Assembly (NCBI GenBank): GCA_025965775.1
Contig: JAOPWG010000163.1
Location: 1-48,149 of the forward strand
DNA: 48,149 nt
Source of the DNA: Modestobacter sp.
GTDB lineage: Bacteria; Actinomycetota; Actinomycetes; Mycobacteriales; Geodermatophilaceae
Direction: 5' to 3'
The notes below the pieces were generated by a model. That model had not been told where the DNA came from, made no database searches, and saw nothing but the letters and a program-made list of their open reading frames with translations. Positions within the stretch are counted from its first letter, which is position 1, and the number at the start of each line of letters is the position of its first letter. Of this stretch, positions 1 to 10,015 are shown in pieces. The position numbers and the translations under genes were made by a program.

Positions 1-125
1 CCGAGCACATCGAGCAGCTGGCCCGGAAGTACCTCGGCGGTCCCTACCCCTGGTACGGCGGCCGGGACCAGACCCGGCTGGTCGTCACCATCGAGGCGGA
101 CGCGGTGCACTCCCCGCAGGGCTGA
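1..125 (+). CDS. PPOX-class F420-dependent oxidoreductase, C-terminal fragment (5' partial)
   Basis: Frame from base 3 reads EHIEQLARKYLGGPYPWYGGRDQTRLVVTIEAD...-TGA(123-125); the LA.KY.G.PYP end is typical of this family. Confidence 0.75.
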   Translation, partial: EHIEQLARKYLGGPYPWYGGRDQTRLVVTIEADAVHSPQG

Positions 126-412
126 GCTGCTGCCCGGCCTGCCACCGGCCGCGCGCTTCGGCCGGCTCCGGACGACGCGTCCCCCGTTCCGGGGACAAGC
201 CGGCGGCGACCGCAGCCACGCGAGCCGGCCCGTGACACCGTCGCTCGTACCGGTGCGCGTCGCCGACATCAGCCGGTGGACGGCGGCAACCGGTGCGGTC
301 GGACAATGGGGTTCGGGGCGCGACCAGCAGGTGGGAGAGGACATGTTCGGGTGAACGCGGTCGACGGGCACCGTCCGACCAGCCACTGCACCCCCCGGCA
401 GGGGCGGCACTG

Positions 413-1201
413 ATGCTCGCGCAACAGCGGCAGGAGCGCATTCTCGAGGCAGTCCGGGCGCACGGCGGGGCCCGGGTCTCGGAGTTGGTCGTCCTGCTCG
501 GCGTCTCGGAGATGACGGTGCGCCGGGACATCGCCACGCTCGCCGGCCGAGGGTTGGTGGCGCGTGTGCACGGTGGTGCGACCGCACCGGACGGCCGCAG
601 CGCCGATGAGCCGGGGTTCCTCGCGAAGTCCGCCATGGCCCTGGCCGAGAAGGCGGCCATAGCGCAGGTCGCGGCAGAGCTGGTCCAGCCCGGGGACTCG
701 GTGGCACTGTCCGCCGGAACCACGACCTACGCGGTCGCCGAGGCGTTGCTGGGAGTGGCCGACCTGACCGTCGTCACCAACTCCCTGCCGGCGGAGCGCC
801 TGTTGCACGAGAACGCACGCGAGGACCGCACCGTGGTCCTGACCGGCGGGGTGCGCACTCCCTCGGACGCGCTGGTCGGCCCGGTCGCGATCGGCGCCCT
901 CCGCGGGCTGCACGTGGACTGGCTCTTCCTCGGTGTCCACGGCATCGACGACCAGGCGGGACTGACCACCCCGAACCTCGTGGAGTGCGAGACGAACCGC
1001 GCGCTGGTGGCCTGCGCGCGCCAGGTGGTCGTCGTCGCCGACTCCTCCAAGTGGCGGGTCGTCGGCCTGAGCACCATCGCCGCGCTCAGCGAGGTCGACG
1101 TCCTGATCAGCGACTCCCACCTGCCCGAGCAGGCCCGCCGCGACGTCGCGTCGAAGGTGGGGCGCCTGGCGATCGCCTCGCTGCCCGTCTCTCGGCCCTG
1201 A
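413..1201 (+). CDS. DeoR/GlpR family transcriptional regulator
   Basis: MLAQQRQERIL...GVSEMTVRRDI HTH, ARVHGGA, AGTTT, VVTNS, VVADSSKW; start moved to ATG 413. Confidence 0.93.
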   Translation: MLAQQRQERILEAVRAHGGARVSELVVLLGVSEMTVRRDIATLAGRGLVARVHGGATAPDGRSADEPGFLAKSAMALAEKAAIAQVAAELVQPGDSVALSAGTTTYAVAEALLGVADLTVVTNSLPAERLLHENAREDRTVVLTGGVRTPSDALVGPVAIGALRGLHVDWLFLGVHGIDDQAGLTTPNLVECETNRALVACARQVVVVADSSKWRVVGLSTIAALSEVDVLISDSHLPEQARRDVASKVGRLAIASLPVSRP

Positions 1202-1386
1202 TCCGCGGCGCCCCCGGCAGCCCCACCGGACACCCGCCACGCCGTGCCACGCGGCCCGACGGCTCGGCCGTCACCACACCGTGATGTGATTGGCGTTGCG
1301 CACTAATGTCCGTTCCTGTTCGATCCGGACGGGCGGGACATTGGGCCCGCACTCAGGCAACGATGCCTCGCACAGGGAGCGAACCC

Positions 1387-2493
1387 ATGACACGCACGAC
1401 GACCATCCGGCGGCACGCGCTGCGGCCCTCACGCCTCCTCGTCGCCGGAGCGGCCGCAGCACTCGCGCTGAGCGGCTGCGCCAACAGCGGTGACAGCAGC
1501 GCCTCGGGATCATCCGCTCCGGCCGGCGCCGGGGCGGCACAGACGACCAAGGCGGGCAACACCGCCACCGGTGACGGCTGCACGCTGGAGAAGTACGGCC
1601 TGCAGAAGGTCGACCTCAAGGGTGCGACGGTCGGGTTCTCCCAGTCCGAGCCGGACACCGCGGCCTTCCGCGCAGCCGAGACCCAGTCGATCAAGGACGA
1701 GGCGGCCAAGATCGGCGTCGGCAAGCTGCTGGTGACCAACGCGAACGCCCAGCTGACCAAGCAGATCTCCGACATCCAGGACCTGCTGAACCAGGGTGCC
1801 CAGTTCCTGATCGTCGCTCCGGTGAACTCCGACGGGCTGGACCCCGCCCTGGCGGCGGCCAAGGCCAAGGGCGTGCCGGTCCTGACGATCGACCGCAAGG
1901 TCACCAACACCCCGTGCTCGGACTACCTGTCCTTCATCGGCTCGGACTTCACCGAGCAGGGCAAGCGCGCCGCCGATGCGATGGCCAAGGCCACCGACGG
2001 GAAGGCCAACGTGGCGATCCTGCTCGGCTCCTCGGGCAACAACGTGACCGACCAGCGCACCTCCGGGTTCAAGGACCAGGTGGCCGCGAAGTACCCGGAC
2101 CTGAAGGTCGTCGCCTCCCAGACCGGTGACTTCGACCGGTCGAAGGGCCAGTCGGTGACCGAGCAGCTGCTCCAGTCCAACCCCGACATCAACGCCATCT
2201 ACGCCGAGAACGACGAGATGGGGCTGGGCGCGGTCCAGGCGGTGCTGAGCGCCGGCAAGCAGCCGGGCACGGACGTCAAGATCGTCTCGGTCGACGGGAC
2301 CCGCAACGCGGTCCAGTCCATCGTCGACGGCCAGTACAACGCTGTGATCGAGTCCAACCCGCGGTTCGGCCCGCTGGCCTTCAAGACGCTGATGGACTTC
2401 GAGAACGGCACGGCCATCCCGGAGGACATCATCATCCAGGACGGCGAGTACGACCCGGACAACGCGGCGGCCAAGCTGGCCAACGCGTTCTGA
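1387..2493 (+). CDS. Sugar ABC transporter substrate-binding lipoprotein (YtfQ-like)
   Basis: Lipobox LSGC; VGFSQSE...FRAAETQSIK, IYAENDEMGLGA, IVSVDGT; SD AGGGAG before ATG 1387. Confidence 0.9.
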   Translation: MTRTTTIRRHALRPSRLLVAGAAAALALSGCANSGDSSASGSSAPAGAGAAQTTKAGNTATGDGCTLEKYGLQKVDLKGATVGFSQSEPDTAAFRAAETQSIKDEAAKIGVGKLLVTNANAQLTKQISDIQDLLNQGAQFLIVAPVNSDGLDPALAAAKAKGVPVLTIDRKVTNTPCSDYLSFIGSDFTEQGKRAADAMAKATDGKANVAILLGSSGNNVTDQRTSGFKDQVAAKYPDLKVVASQTGDFDRSKGQSVTEQLLQSNPDINAIYAENDEMGLGAVQAVLSAGKQPGTDVKIVSVDGTRNAVQSIVDGQYNAVIESNPRFGPLAFKTLMDFENGTAIPEDIIIQDGEYDPDNAAAKLANAF

Positions 2494-2526
2494 GGTCCTG
2501 AGCCGCTCCGCACCGCCCGCCTGACC

Positions 2527-2560
2527 GGCGCCCCCGACCCCCTCCGGGGTCGGGGGCGCC
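2527..2560 (+). terminator. 15-bp GC stem-loop after the SBP gene (mRNA stabiliser or attenuator)
   Basis: GGCGCCCCCGACCCC-ctcc-GGGGTCGGGGGCGCC perfect inverted repeat; no U-tract. Confidence 0.65.
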
Positions 2561-2582
2561 CTCCAACGCTCAACGAGGAGTC

Positions 2583-4193
2583 GTGGTGCCCCACCCGACC
2601 GCTGCTGCCCCCGGCCGTGCACCAGAGCCGCCGGACAGCTCCGGCCCCCTGCTCACCGTCCGCGGGGTGACCAAGTCCTTCAGCGGCGTCCACGCTCTGC
2701 GCGGGGTGGACTTCACCCTCGAACCGGGCTCGATCCACGCTCTGGTGGGTGAGAACGGGGCCGGCAAGTCCACCTTCATCAAGGTGCTCACCGGCGTGCA
2801 CGCCGCCGACTCCGGCGAGGTGCGGTTCCTCGGGGAGCCGGTCGCCTTCACCCGCCCCGCCGACGCGCAGAACGCCGGGATCTCCACGATCTACCAGGAG
2901 ATCAACCTCGTTCCCCTGCTGACGGTGGCGCAGAACATCTATCTCGGCCGCGAGCCACGCCGCTTCGGCCTGGTCGACACCCGCGGGTTGAACCGACAGG
3001 CCGCCGCACTGGTCGAGCGCCTGGGGATCGACGTCGACGTGCGCGCCGAGCTCGGCTCGCTCGGGCTCGGCGTGCAGCAGATGGTCGCCCTGGCGCGGGC
3101 GGTCTCCATCGATGCGCGCGTGGTCATCATGGACGAGCCGACCTCCTCGCTGGAGGTGCGCGAGGTCGAGACCCTCTTCGGCGTCGCCCGCACCCTCGCC
3201 GGCTCCGGCGTGGGCCTGGTCTTCGTCTCCCACCGCCTGGACGAGCTGTGGGCGCTGTGCGACACGGTGACCGTCCTGCGCGACGGGCGGGTCGTCCACA
3301 CCGGCGCCATGGCCGCCCTGGACCGCGTCGGCCTGGTCTCGCTGATGCTGGGCCGCGACGCCAGCGACGTCCGCGCCGCCGGCACCACCGACTTCGGTGA
3401 GTCGCACGCGCACGGCGACGCCCCGCTCCTGTCGGTGTCCGGCGTCGAGGTCCCCAACCGCCTGCACGGCGTCGGGCTCACCGCGCGGCCGGGCGAGGTC
3501 GTCGGTCTCGGCGGGCTGCTCGGCTCGGGCCGCAGCGAGACGCTCAAAGCGATCTACGGCGACCTGAGCACCACCTCGGCCGACGTCGAGATCCAGGGAC
3601 AGCGGGTGCGCCCGGGCTCGGTGAGCCGGGCGCTGCGCGCCGGCATCGCGCTGCTGTCGGAGGACCGCAAGGCCGAGGGGATCATCCCGGAGATGTCGGT
3701 GCGGGACAACATCGCGCTGGCGGTGCTGCCACGGATGTCCCGCGGCGGACTGGTCTCCGACGCCCGCATCGACGCCCTCGTCGAGGTCTTCATGCGCCGG
3801 TTGAAGATCAAGGCCTCCAGCCCGCAGCAGAAGGTGCGCGAGTTGTCCGGCGGCAACCAGCAGAAGGTGCTGCTGGCCCGGTGGCTGGCGACCGAGCCGA
3901 AGGTCTTCCTGCTCGACGAACCCACCCGCGGCATCGACGTGGGTGCCAAGCGGGAGGTACAGGGCCTCATCGACGAGCTCGCCGGGCAGGGCCTGGCGGT
4001 GGTGCTCGTCTCCAGCGAGATGGACGAGCTGGTGGAGGGCAGCGACCGCGTCGTCGTCCTCCACGACGGCGCCGTCTCCGGTGAGCTCGACGGGGACCGG
4101 CTGACGTCGGCAGACCTGCTCACCGCACTCGCCGGTGGCATCCCCTCGGACGCCGGCACGGCCGCCGGTGCAGAAAGGAGCGACCGTGGCTGA
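2583..4193 (+). CDS. Sugar ABC transporter ATP-binding protein, two ABC domains (YtfR/RbsA-like)
   Basis: GENGAGKST, IMDEPTSSL, LSGGNQQKV, LLDEPTRGIDVGAK. Confidence 0.93.
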   Translation: MVPHPTAAAPGRAPEPPDSSGPLLTVRGVTKSFSGVHALRGVDFTLEPGSIHALVGENGAGKSTFIKVLTGVHAADSGEVRFLGEPVAFTRPADAQNAGISTIYQEINLVPLLTVAQNIYLGREPRRFGLVDTRGLNRQAAALVERLGIDVDVRAELGSLGLGVQQMVALARAVSIDARVVIMDEPTSSLEVREVETLFGVARTLAGSGVGLVFVSHRLDELWALCDTVTVLRDGRVVHTGAMAALDRVGLVSLMLGRDASDVRAAGTTDFGESHAHGDAPLLSVSGVEVPNRLHGVGLTARPGEVVGLGGLLGSGRSETLKAIYGDLSTTSADVEIQGQRVRPGSVSRALRAGIALLSEDRKAEGIIPEMSVRDNIALAVLPRMSRGGLVSDARIDALVEVFMRRLKIKASSPQQKVRELSGGNQQKVLLARWLATEPKVFLLDEPTRGIDVGAKREVQGLIDELAGQGLAVVLVSSEMDELVEGSDRVVVLHDGAVSGELDGDRLTSADLLTALAGGIPSDAGTAAGAERSDRG

Positions 4194-5196
4194 GCAGACG
4201 GCGACCGCGGCGCAGCCCGCTCCGGCCGCCCCGCCGGCGGAGCCCCACACGCGGCGGCGCGTGGACGGGGCGTGGTTCCGGCGCAACGGCGTCTACCTGG
4301 GCCTCGTCGTCCTGGTCGTGGTCAACCTGGTCATCACCCCGCACTTCGCCAGCACGGGGTCGCTGCGTCTGCAGCTGGTGCAGGTGGCCCCGATCATCGT
4401 CGTCAGCCTCGGCATGGCGATGGTCATCGGCACCGGTGGGATCGACCTGTCGGTCGGCGCGGTGATGGCCATGACCGCCGCGGTCATCCCGCTGTACATC
4501 GGCTACGGCACCTTCGGCGCGATCGCCGCCGGGCTGATCGCGGGGCTGCTCTCCGGGGCCCTTGCCGGCAGCGTGATCAGCCGGGTGGGGGTCCAGCCGA
4601 TCATCGCCACCCTCGCGATCATGGTGGGCCTGCGCGGCCTCGCCAACATCACCGGCGGGCAGATCAAGAGCATCCGCGACCCCGGCTTCCGGGAACTGGG
4701 CAGCGGGGACGTCCTGGGCATCCCCTGGGTCGTGCTGGTCGCCGTGGTGGTGACGCTCGTCGTCTGGGGGCTGATGACCCGCACCACGTTCGGCCGCCAG
4801 CTCGTCGCCATCGGCGGGAACGCGCGGGCGTCCACGCTCGCCGGGCTCCCGGTGAAGCGGGTGCTGACCACGGTCTACGTCCTCTCCGGCCTGCTGGCCG
4901 CCCTGGCCGGGGCGCTGCTCGTGGCACGCAACCAGGCCAGCGACCCGACCCGGCTGGGCCAGCTGGTCGAGCTCACGGCGATCACCGCGGTCGTCGTCGG
5001 TGGCACGCCCCTGACCGGGGGGCAGGTGCGGGTGCTGGGCACGGTGGCCGGCGCCCTGCTGATGCAGCTGATCACCTTCACCCTCGTCGCCCACAACATC
5101 ACCGACTCGGTCGCTCAGATGGTCCAGGCGGTCATCGTGATCCTGGCCGTCTACGCCCAGGTGGGCACCCGGATGCGACGGAGGTCGCGAGCATGA
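4186..5196 (+). CDS. Sugar ABC transporter permease (YtfT-like)
   Basis: GGIDLSVG, AIGGN, ITAVVVGGT; SD AAGGAG before GTG 4186. Confidence 0.9.
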   Translation: MAEQTATAAQPAPAAPPAEPHTRRRVDGAWFRRNGVYLGLVVLVVVNLVITPHFASTGSLRLQLVQVAPIIVVSLGMAMVIGTGGIDLSVGAVMAMTAAVIPLYIGYGTFGAIAAGLIAGLLSGALAGSVISRVGVQPIIATLAIMVGLRGLANITGGQIKSIRDPGFRELGSGDVLGIPWVVLVAVVVTLVVWGLMTRTTFGRQLVAIGGNARASTLAGLPVKRVLTTVYVLSGLLAALAGALLVARNQASDPTRLGQLVELTAITAVVVGGTPLTGGQVRVLGTVAGALLMQLITFTLVAHNITDSVAQMVQAVIVILAVYAQVGTRMRRRSRA

Positions 5197-6194
5197 GCAC
5201 GGTCAGCGCGACGCCTCAGGCCGCCGGGACCACGGTCTCCACGCGGCGACTCCACATGGTGCAGCGGGTGCAGCGGCAGGGCGCCCTCGTCGTCCTGGTG
5301 CTGCTGTGCGCGGTGGCCAGCTTCCAGTTCGACTCCTTCGCCTCCGGCCCGAACGTGCGTTCCATCGGGTTGCAGGCCTCGTTCCTGGCGGTCATCGCGC
5401 TCGGGATGACCTTCGTCATCTTCACCGGCGGGATCGACCTGTCGGTCGGATCGGTGTTCGCCCTGGGCGGGGTGCTGGCGGCCTGGGCATCGCAGTACGG
5501 CACGGTCGCGGCGGTGCTGGTGCCGCTGGCGGTCTGTGGGGCGATCGGCCTGGTGCAGGGCCTCGTCATCGCCCGCGGCCGGCTCGCGCCGTTCATCGTG
5601 ACGCTCGCCGGGCTCCTGTTCGCCCGCGGCCTGCTGCTGTTCATCAGCGACGAGGGGTCGACGGTCTACAAGGTGCCGGCCGACAGCGGCTTCCGGGAAC
5701 TGGCCCAGGGCAGCCTGCTCGGCGTCGGCTACCCGATCTGGATGGTGGTGATCCTCTACGGGATCGGGGCGCTCGTCCTGCACCGGACGTCCTACGGACC
5801 CACCGTGCTGGCGATCGGTGGCCAGGAGGACGCCGCAGACCTCATGGGGCTGCCGGTGGTGTCCACCAAGGTGGTGACCTACGTGGCCAGCTCCCTGCTG
5901 GCCGGGTTCGCCGGTGTGCTGATCGCCTCCTACACGTCCTCCGGCGTCCCGATCATCGGGGTGGGCACCGAACTGCAGGCCATCTCCGCGGTCGTGCTCG
6001 GCGGCACCCTGCTCGCCGGGGGCGCCGGCACGGTGTTCGGCACCCTGGTCGGCGTCCTGCTGCTGCAGGTCATCGCCAACGTCATCAACCAGGTCGGGTC
6101 GCTGAACTCCAACTGGCAGGACATGGTGAGCGGGGCGATCCTGCTCGCCGTCGTCGTCCTCCAGCGGTACCTGGCCGGGACGGCCCGACGATGA
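5193..6194 (+). CDS. Sugar ABC transporter permease (YjfF-like)
   Basis: GGIDLSVGS, APFIVTLAG, ELQAISAVVLGGT; ATGA overlap with upstream stop. Confidence 0.9.
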   Translation: MSTVSATPQAAGTTVSTRRLHMVQRVQRQGALVVLVLLCAVASFQFDSFASGPNVRSIGLQASFLAVIALGMTFVIFTGGIDLSVGSVFALGGVLAAWASQYGTVAAVLVPLAVCGAIGLVQGLVIARGRLAPFIVTLAGLLFARGLLLFISDEGSTVYKVPADSGFRELAQGSLLGVGYPIWMVVILYGIGALVLHRTSYGPTVLAIGGQEDAADLMGLPVVSTKVVTYVASSLLAGFAGVLIASYTSSGVPIIGVGTELQAISAVVLGGTLLAGGAGTVFGTLVGVLLLQVIANVINQVGSLNSNWQDMVSGAILLAVVVLQRYLAGTARR

Positions 6195-7114
6195 CGGCCG
6201 CGCCTCCCCCGTCCGCGGGGCCGTCGGACGCGCCCCGGAGCTGGACGATCAGCCGCGCCGGGCACGAAGCCGTCATCGGCCGCGGCGGAGCGGGCGTGCG
6301 GTCGTACACCGTCGACGGCGTAGCCGTCGTCGACGCGCTCGGCGAGTGGGAGATCCCGAGCGCCTACCACGGTCTGGTCCTCGCGCCCTGGCCCAACCGG
6401 ATCCCCGAGGGCCGGTGGAGCTGGGCGGGACAGACCCTGGAGCTGCCGGTCAACGAGGCCGCCACCGGGTGCGCACTGCACGGCCTGGTGGCCTGGTCGG
6501 CATGGAACCTGCGGGCGCAGTCCGACGACGCAGTCGAACTGGGGATCAGCATCGAGCCCCAGCCCGGCTACCCGTTCAGCCTCGACCTGTCCGTGCGGTG
6601 GTCGGTGGGCGCGGACGGGCTGCGGTGCGCGATCACGGCCTGGAACACCGGATGGGAGCCGGCGCCCTTCGGGGTGGCCGTGCACCCGTACGTGGTGCTA
6701 CCCGGCTGCGGCGTGGACGACCTGGAGTTGACCATGCCCGCGGACACCTGGCTCGACGTCGACGAGCGCCTGCGGCCGGTCGCGTTGCGCCCCGTGGAGG
6801 ACGGCGACCGGGACTTCCGCCGCGGCGCGTCACTGCGCGGACGAGCGCTGGACACCGCGTTCACCGACGTCTCCGACGCGCCGGTCCGGGTGGCCGGCGG
6901 CGACCACGCGGTCGAGGTGTGGGCCGACCCGGCGTTCGGCTGGTGGCAGGTCTACACGTCGGACTACTTCCCGGTGGGCTCGGAGCGTCTGCGCCGCGCG
7001 CTGGCGGTCGAGGCGATGACCTGCGGTCCGGACGCCTTCAACACGGGGCGGGACCTGATCACCCTGGCGCCGGACGAGCGGTGGAGCGCCGAGTGGGGCG
7101 TTCGGCAGGCCTGA
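6191..7114 (+). CDS. Aldose 1-epimerase family protein
   Basis: LAPWPNRI, ALHG, GYPF, HPY, QVYT, AVEAMT; ATGA-coupled to the permease. Confidence 0.88.
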   Translation: MTAAPPPSAGPSDAPRSWTISRAGHEAVIGRGGAGVRSYTVDGVAVVDALGEWEIPSAYHGLVLAPWPNRIPEGRWSWAGQTLELPVNEAATGCALHGLVAWSAWNLRAQSDDAVELGISIEPQPGYPFSLDLSVRWSVGADGLRCAITAWNTGWEPAPFGVAVHPYVVLPGCGVDDLELTMPADTWLDVDERLRPVALRPVEDGDRDFRRGASLRGRALDTAFTDVSDAPVRVAGGDHAVEVWADPAFGWWQVYTSDYFPVGSERLRRALAVEAMTCGPDAFNTGRDLITLAPDERWSAEWGVRQA

Positions 7115-7120
7115 GGCGGC

Positions 7121-8116
7121 TCAGCTGCTCCCCCGGATCACGAGCCGGTGCGGGGCGGTGAGCACCCGGGCCGGGCTGTCGTCCCCGGCCAGCCGGTCCC
7201 GCAGGACCTGGAGGGCGAGCTCGGCGATCCGGTCCTTGTCCGGCGCGATCGTCGTCAGGGTGGGGATGGAGTACCGGCCGTCCTCGATGTCGTCGAACCC
7301 GACCAATGCGATGTCCTCGGGCACCCGCAGGCCCGCGTCGACGACGGCACGCAGGGCGCCCAGCGCCAACTGGTCGCTGAAGCAGAAGACGGCGTCCGGC
7401 CGGTCCCCCGTCGCCAGCAGCTCGGACATGGCCCGGTGGCCCTCGGCGCGGTGCAGGGACGTGACCGGCGCCTCGCGGTCGGCCCGCCACGCCTGCCCGG
7501 CCACCGACAGCGCCCGGCGGTAGCCCAGCTGGCGCTGGTGAGCCGTCTCGTTGCCCAGCGCCGGCTGCACACCGAGGGCGGCGATGTCGGCGCGGCCTCC
7601 GGCGAGCAGGTGCTCGACAGCTTCCTGCGCGGCACCGACGTTGTCGATCACGACGTGGTCGACCGGTGGGGCGCCGGCGTGCTCCCCGAGCAGGACGATC
7701 GGGGTGGCGTCCTGCCGGCTGGCCAGCTCCTCGGCCGACATCGACCAGGGACTGAAGATGACCCCGTCGACGAGTTGGCTGCGCTCCCCGTGCAGCAGCC
7801 GGCGTTCCCGCCCGGCGTCGCCGTCGGTCTGGTCGATGAGCACGGTCCAGCCGTCGTCCTCCGCGATCCGGACGGTGCGGGCCGCCAGGTCGGAGAAGTA
7901 GGGCGAGTCGATCTCCGGGACGACGAGAGCCAGCAGCCCGGTCCGCCCACGGCGCAGGTTCCGGGCAGCGACGTTGGGTCGGTAGCCGAGGGCATCGATG
8001 CTCGCCTGTACGCGGGCCCGGGTGGACGGCGCGACGTACTGGAAGTCGTTGACGACGTTGGAGACCGTCCGGATCGAGACACCCGCATGAGCGGCGACGT
8101 CCCGCAGGCGCACCAT
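7121..8116 (-). CDS. LacI family transcriptional regulator
   Basis: MVRLRDVAAHAGVSIRTVSNVVN, LGYRPNVAARNL, LRVPEDIALVGFDD, PTLTTI. Confidence 0.93.
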   Translation of the reverse strand: MVRLRDVAAHAGVSIRTVSNVVNDFQYVAPSTRARVQASIDALGYRPNVAARNLRRGRTGLLALVVPEIDSPYFSDLAARTVRIAEDDGWTVLIDQTDGDAGRERRLLHGERSQLVDGVIFSPWSMSAEELASRQDATPIVLLGEHAGAPPVDHVVIDNVGAAQEAVEHLLAGGRADIAALGVQPALGNETAHQRQLGYRRALSVAGQAWRADREAPVTSLHRAEGHRAMSELLATGDRPDAVFCFSDQLALGALRAVVDAGLRVPEDIALVGFDDIEDGRYSIPTLTTIAPDKDRIAELALQVLRDRLAGDDSPARVLTAPHRLVIRGSS

Positions 8117-8162
8117 CGCCGACTCCCTCCGCTCTGTGTTCCGACCGGGGCACGGTACCTCT

Positions 8163-8186
8163 TGCATCGTGGCATGCAACGTTGCA
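8163..8186. promoter_or_regulatory. Tandem LacI-type operators
   Basis: Perfect palindrome TGCAACGTTGCA (8175-8186, central CG) directly preceded by a 2-mismatch copy TGCATCGTGGCA (8163-8174), between lacI and its divergent neighbour. Confidence 0.75.
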
Positions 8187-8217
8187 AACTAGGTCCACCA
8201 CCGAGATGGAGGACCCC

Positions 8218-9057
8218 ATGACCACCACCCCGCAGATCATCCGGCCGGACATCGACGTCCCTGAGCTGGTCGAGCGCATCTACACCGACGGCATCGTGGG
8301 CCTGCCCGGGACCTTCTCCCGCGAGTGGGTCGCCCAGCTCGGTCGTGACGTCGACGCCGCCTTCACCGAGGCGCGCAGCCGCCCCGGCGGCGCGGTGGGC
8401 CGCGGACCGCAGCGGTACTACGTCGAGATCCACCCGGAGCAGATCAGCGGCTTCGTCGACCTGGTGACACACCCGTCGGTCACCGCCGTGTGCGAGGGCG
8501 TCCTCGGTCCGGACTACCAGATCGTCGAGGTCGGTTTCGACGTCCCGCTGGAGGGCGCGGTCAACCAGCCGTGGCACCGGGATTTCCCCATGCCCGAGGT
8601 GACCGCGCAGGAGCGTCGGCTCAACTCGTTGGCGATCAACGTCACGACCGTCGACACCGAGCCGGACATGGGCCCCTTCGAGATCGCGCCGGGGACGCAG
8701 TGGGACGACGACCCGGCGTTCGAGCACGGCATGTTCCCGCCCAAGTCCTTCTACCCGCGGTACGAGGAGAGGGCCCAGCGGAAGTACCCGAAGATGGGCG
8801 ACATCTCCATCCGCTCCGCGCTGACCATCCACCGCGGGACGGCGAACCAGTCCGCGAAGTCCCGCCCGGTGCTGGTCCTGGGTGTCGACGCTCCGGGCGC
8901 CGGCAACGACGAGCGGCACGACATGGCCGTGACCCGGCCCTTCTGGGACTCGCTGCCGGACGCGCTGCGCGCCCACCTGCACTGCCCGGTCGTGGAGACC
9001 CTGGAGCCCATCACCCAGAAGCACACCATCGAGGGCCTCGTCATGGGCGACGCCTGA
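8218..9057 (+). CDS. Phytanoyl-CoA dioxygenase (PhyH) family Fe(II)/2-oxoglutarate dioxygenase
   Basis: QPWHRD (HxD), PFEIAPGTQ, distal His in TIHRGTAN; SD GGAGG before ATG 8218. Confidence 0.85.
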   Translation: MTTTPQIIRPDIDVPELVERIYTDGIVGLPGTFSREWVAQLGRDVDAAFTEARSRPGGAVGRGPQRYYVEIHPEQISGFVDLVTHPSVTAVCEGVLGPDYQIVEVGFDVPLEGAVNQPWHRDFPMPEVTAQERRLNSLAINVTTVDTEPDMGPFEIAPGTQWDDDPAFEHGMFPPKSFYPRYEERAQRKYPKMGDISIRSALTIHRGTANQSAKSRPVLVLGVDAPGAGNDERHDMAVTRPFWDSLPDALRAHLHCPVVETLEPITQKHTIEGLVMGDA

Positions 9058-9136
9058 CCGCACTCCCCCGTCGGCGGGGCGTCGCGGCTGTGGCCCCGGC
9101 GCTCCGCCCCGGTGGGCCCGGGAAGGCGCGCGCAGC

Positions 9137-10015
9137 TCAGCTGGTGACGTCCTTCGTCTGGAGCCTGGCCCACGCAAGGCTGAGGAAGACCGCCACGTAG
9201 GCCAGGTGCAGCAGGCTCCAGCGCAGCAACGCCCCGCCGTCGGGGGCGGTGCGCAGCAGCTCGCCGAAGCCGAGCCAGTGGTGGGTGAGCAGCGCGCCGG
9301 CGATGGGGCGGAGCTCAGGGACGGCGTCGAGCAGCGCGGAGAACACCGCGATGCCGATCGTGGTGGCCATCGCGGCGATGGCGTTCTCGGTCAGCGTCGA
9401 CACGAACAGGCCGCCGGCGGCCAGCCCGAACAGCGCGACGACCACGAAGACGACGACGCCCACCGTGCGCAGCAGCCCGTCGGCGAGGCTGACGGTGTCA
9501 CCCGAGAGCAGGGTGACGTCGTGCAGCCCGAAGAGGACCGCACCGGCGAGCAGTCCGACGAGCGCCACGACGAGGACGGCGAGGGCTGTGCAACTGGCCA
9601 CGCCCAGGGCCTTGACCGCCAGCAGCCGACCCCGGGTGACCGGAACGGCCAGCAGGTACCGCAGCGTCCCCGTGCCGGCCTCGCCGGCGATGCTGTCGCC
9701 GGCGACGACACCGACGACCAGCGGCAGGAAGAACGGCAGGGCGACGGTCAGCGCGGTGAAGACGAGGAAGAGCCCGTTACCGGCGATCTGACTGAGGAAC
9801 TGGGGTCCGTCTCCGTTCCGCGGGGTGCTCAGCCGCACCGCCACGCCGATCACCAGCGGGACGACGGCCAGGACGCCGAGCAGCGCCTGGTTCCGGCGCC
9901 GCCCCAGGACCAGCCGCATCTCCCCGGCGTACAGCCGGCGGAAGGCCCCCGGGAGGTGGGGTGCGGTCCGCCACGGCGGCGCAGCGGCGGCCGCGACCGG
10001 TTCACTCGACGACAT
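9137..10015 (-). CDS. ABC-2 type exporter permease
   Basis: AGDSIAGEAGTGTLRYLLAVPVTRGRLLAVK, several TM helices, C-terminal KDVTS. Confidence 0.88.
   Translation of the reverse strand: MSSSEPVAAAAAPPWRTAPHLPGAFRRLYAGEMRLVLGRRRNQALLGVLAVVPLVIGVAVRLSTPRNGDGPQFLSQIAGNGLFLVFTALTVALPFFLPLVVGVVAGDSIAGEAGTGTLRYLLAVPVTRGRLLAVKALGVASCTALAVLVVALVGLLAGAVLFGLHDVTLLSGDTVSLADGLLRTVGVVVFVVVALFGLAAGGLFVSTLTENAIAAMATTIGIAVFSALLDAVPELRPIAGALLTHHWLGFGELLRTAPDGGALLRWSLLHLAYVAVFLSLAWARLQTKDVTS

Noticed and set aside
1280-1325. DeoR operator upstream of the SBP gene (TGTGAT.../TGTTCG)
   Set aside because: AT-richer patch is suggestive but I could not define a clear repeat or dyad
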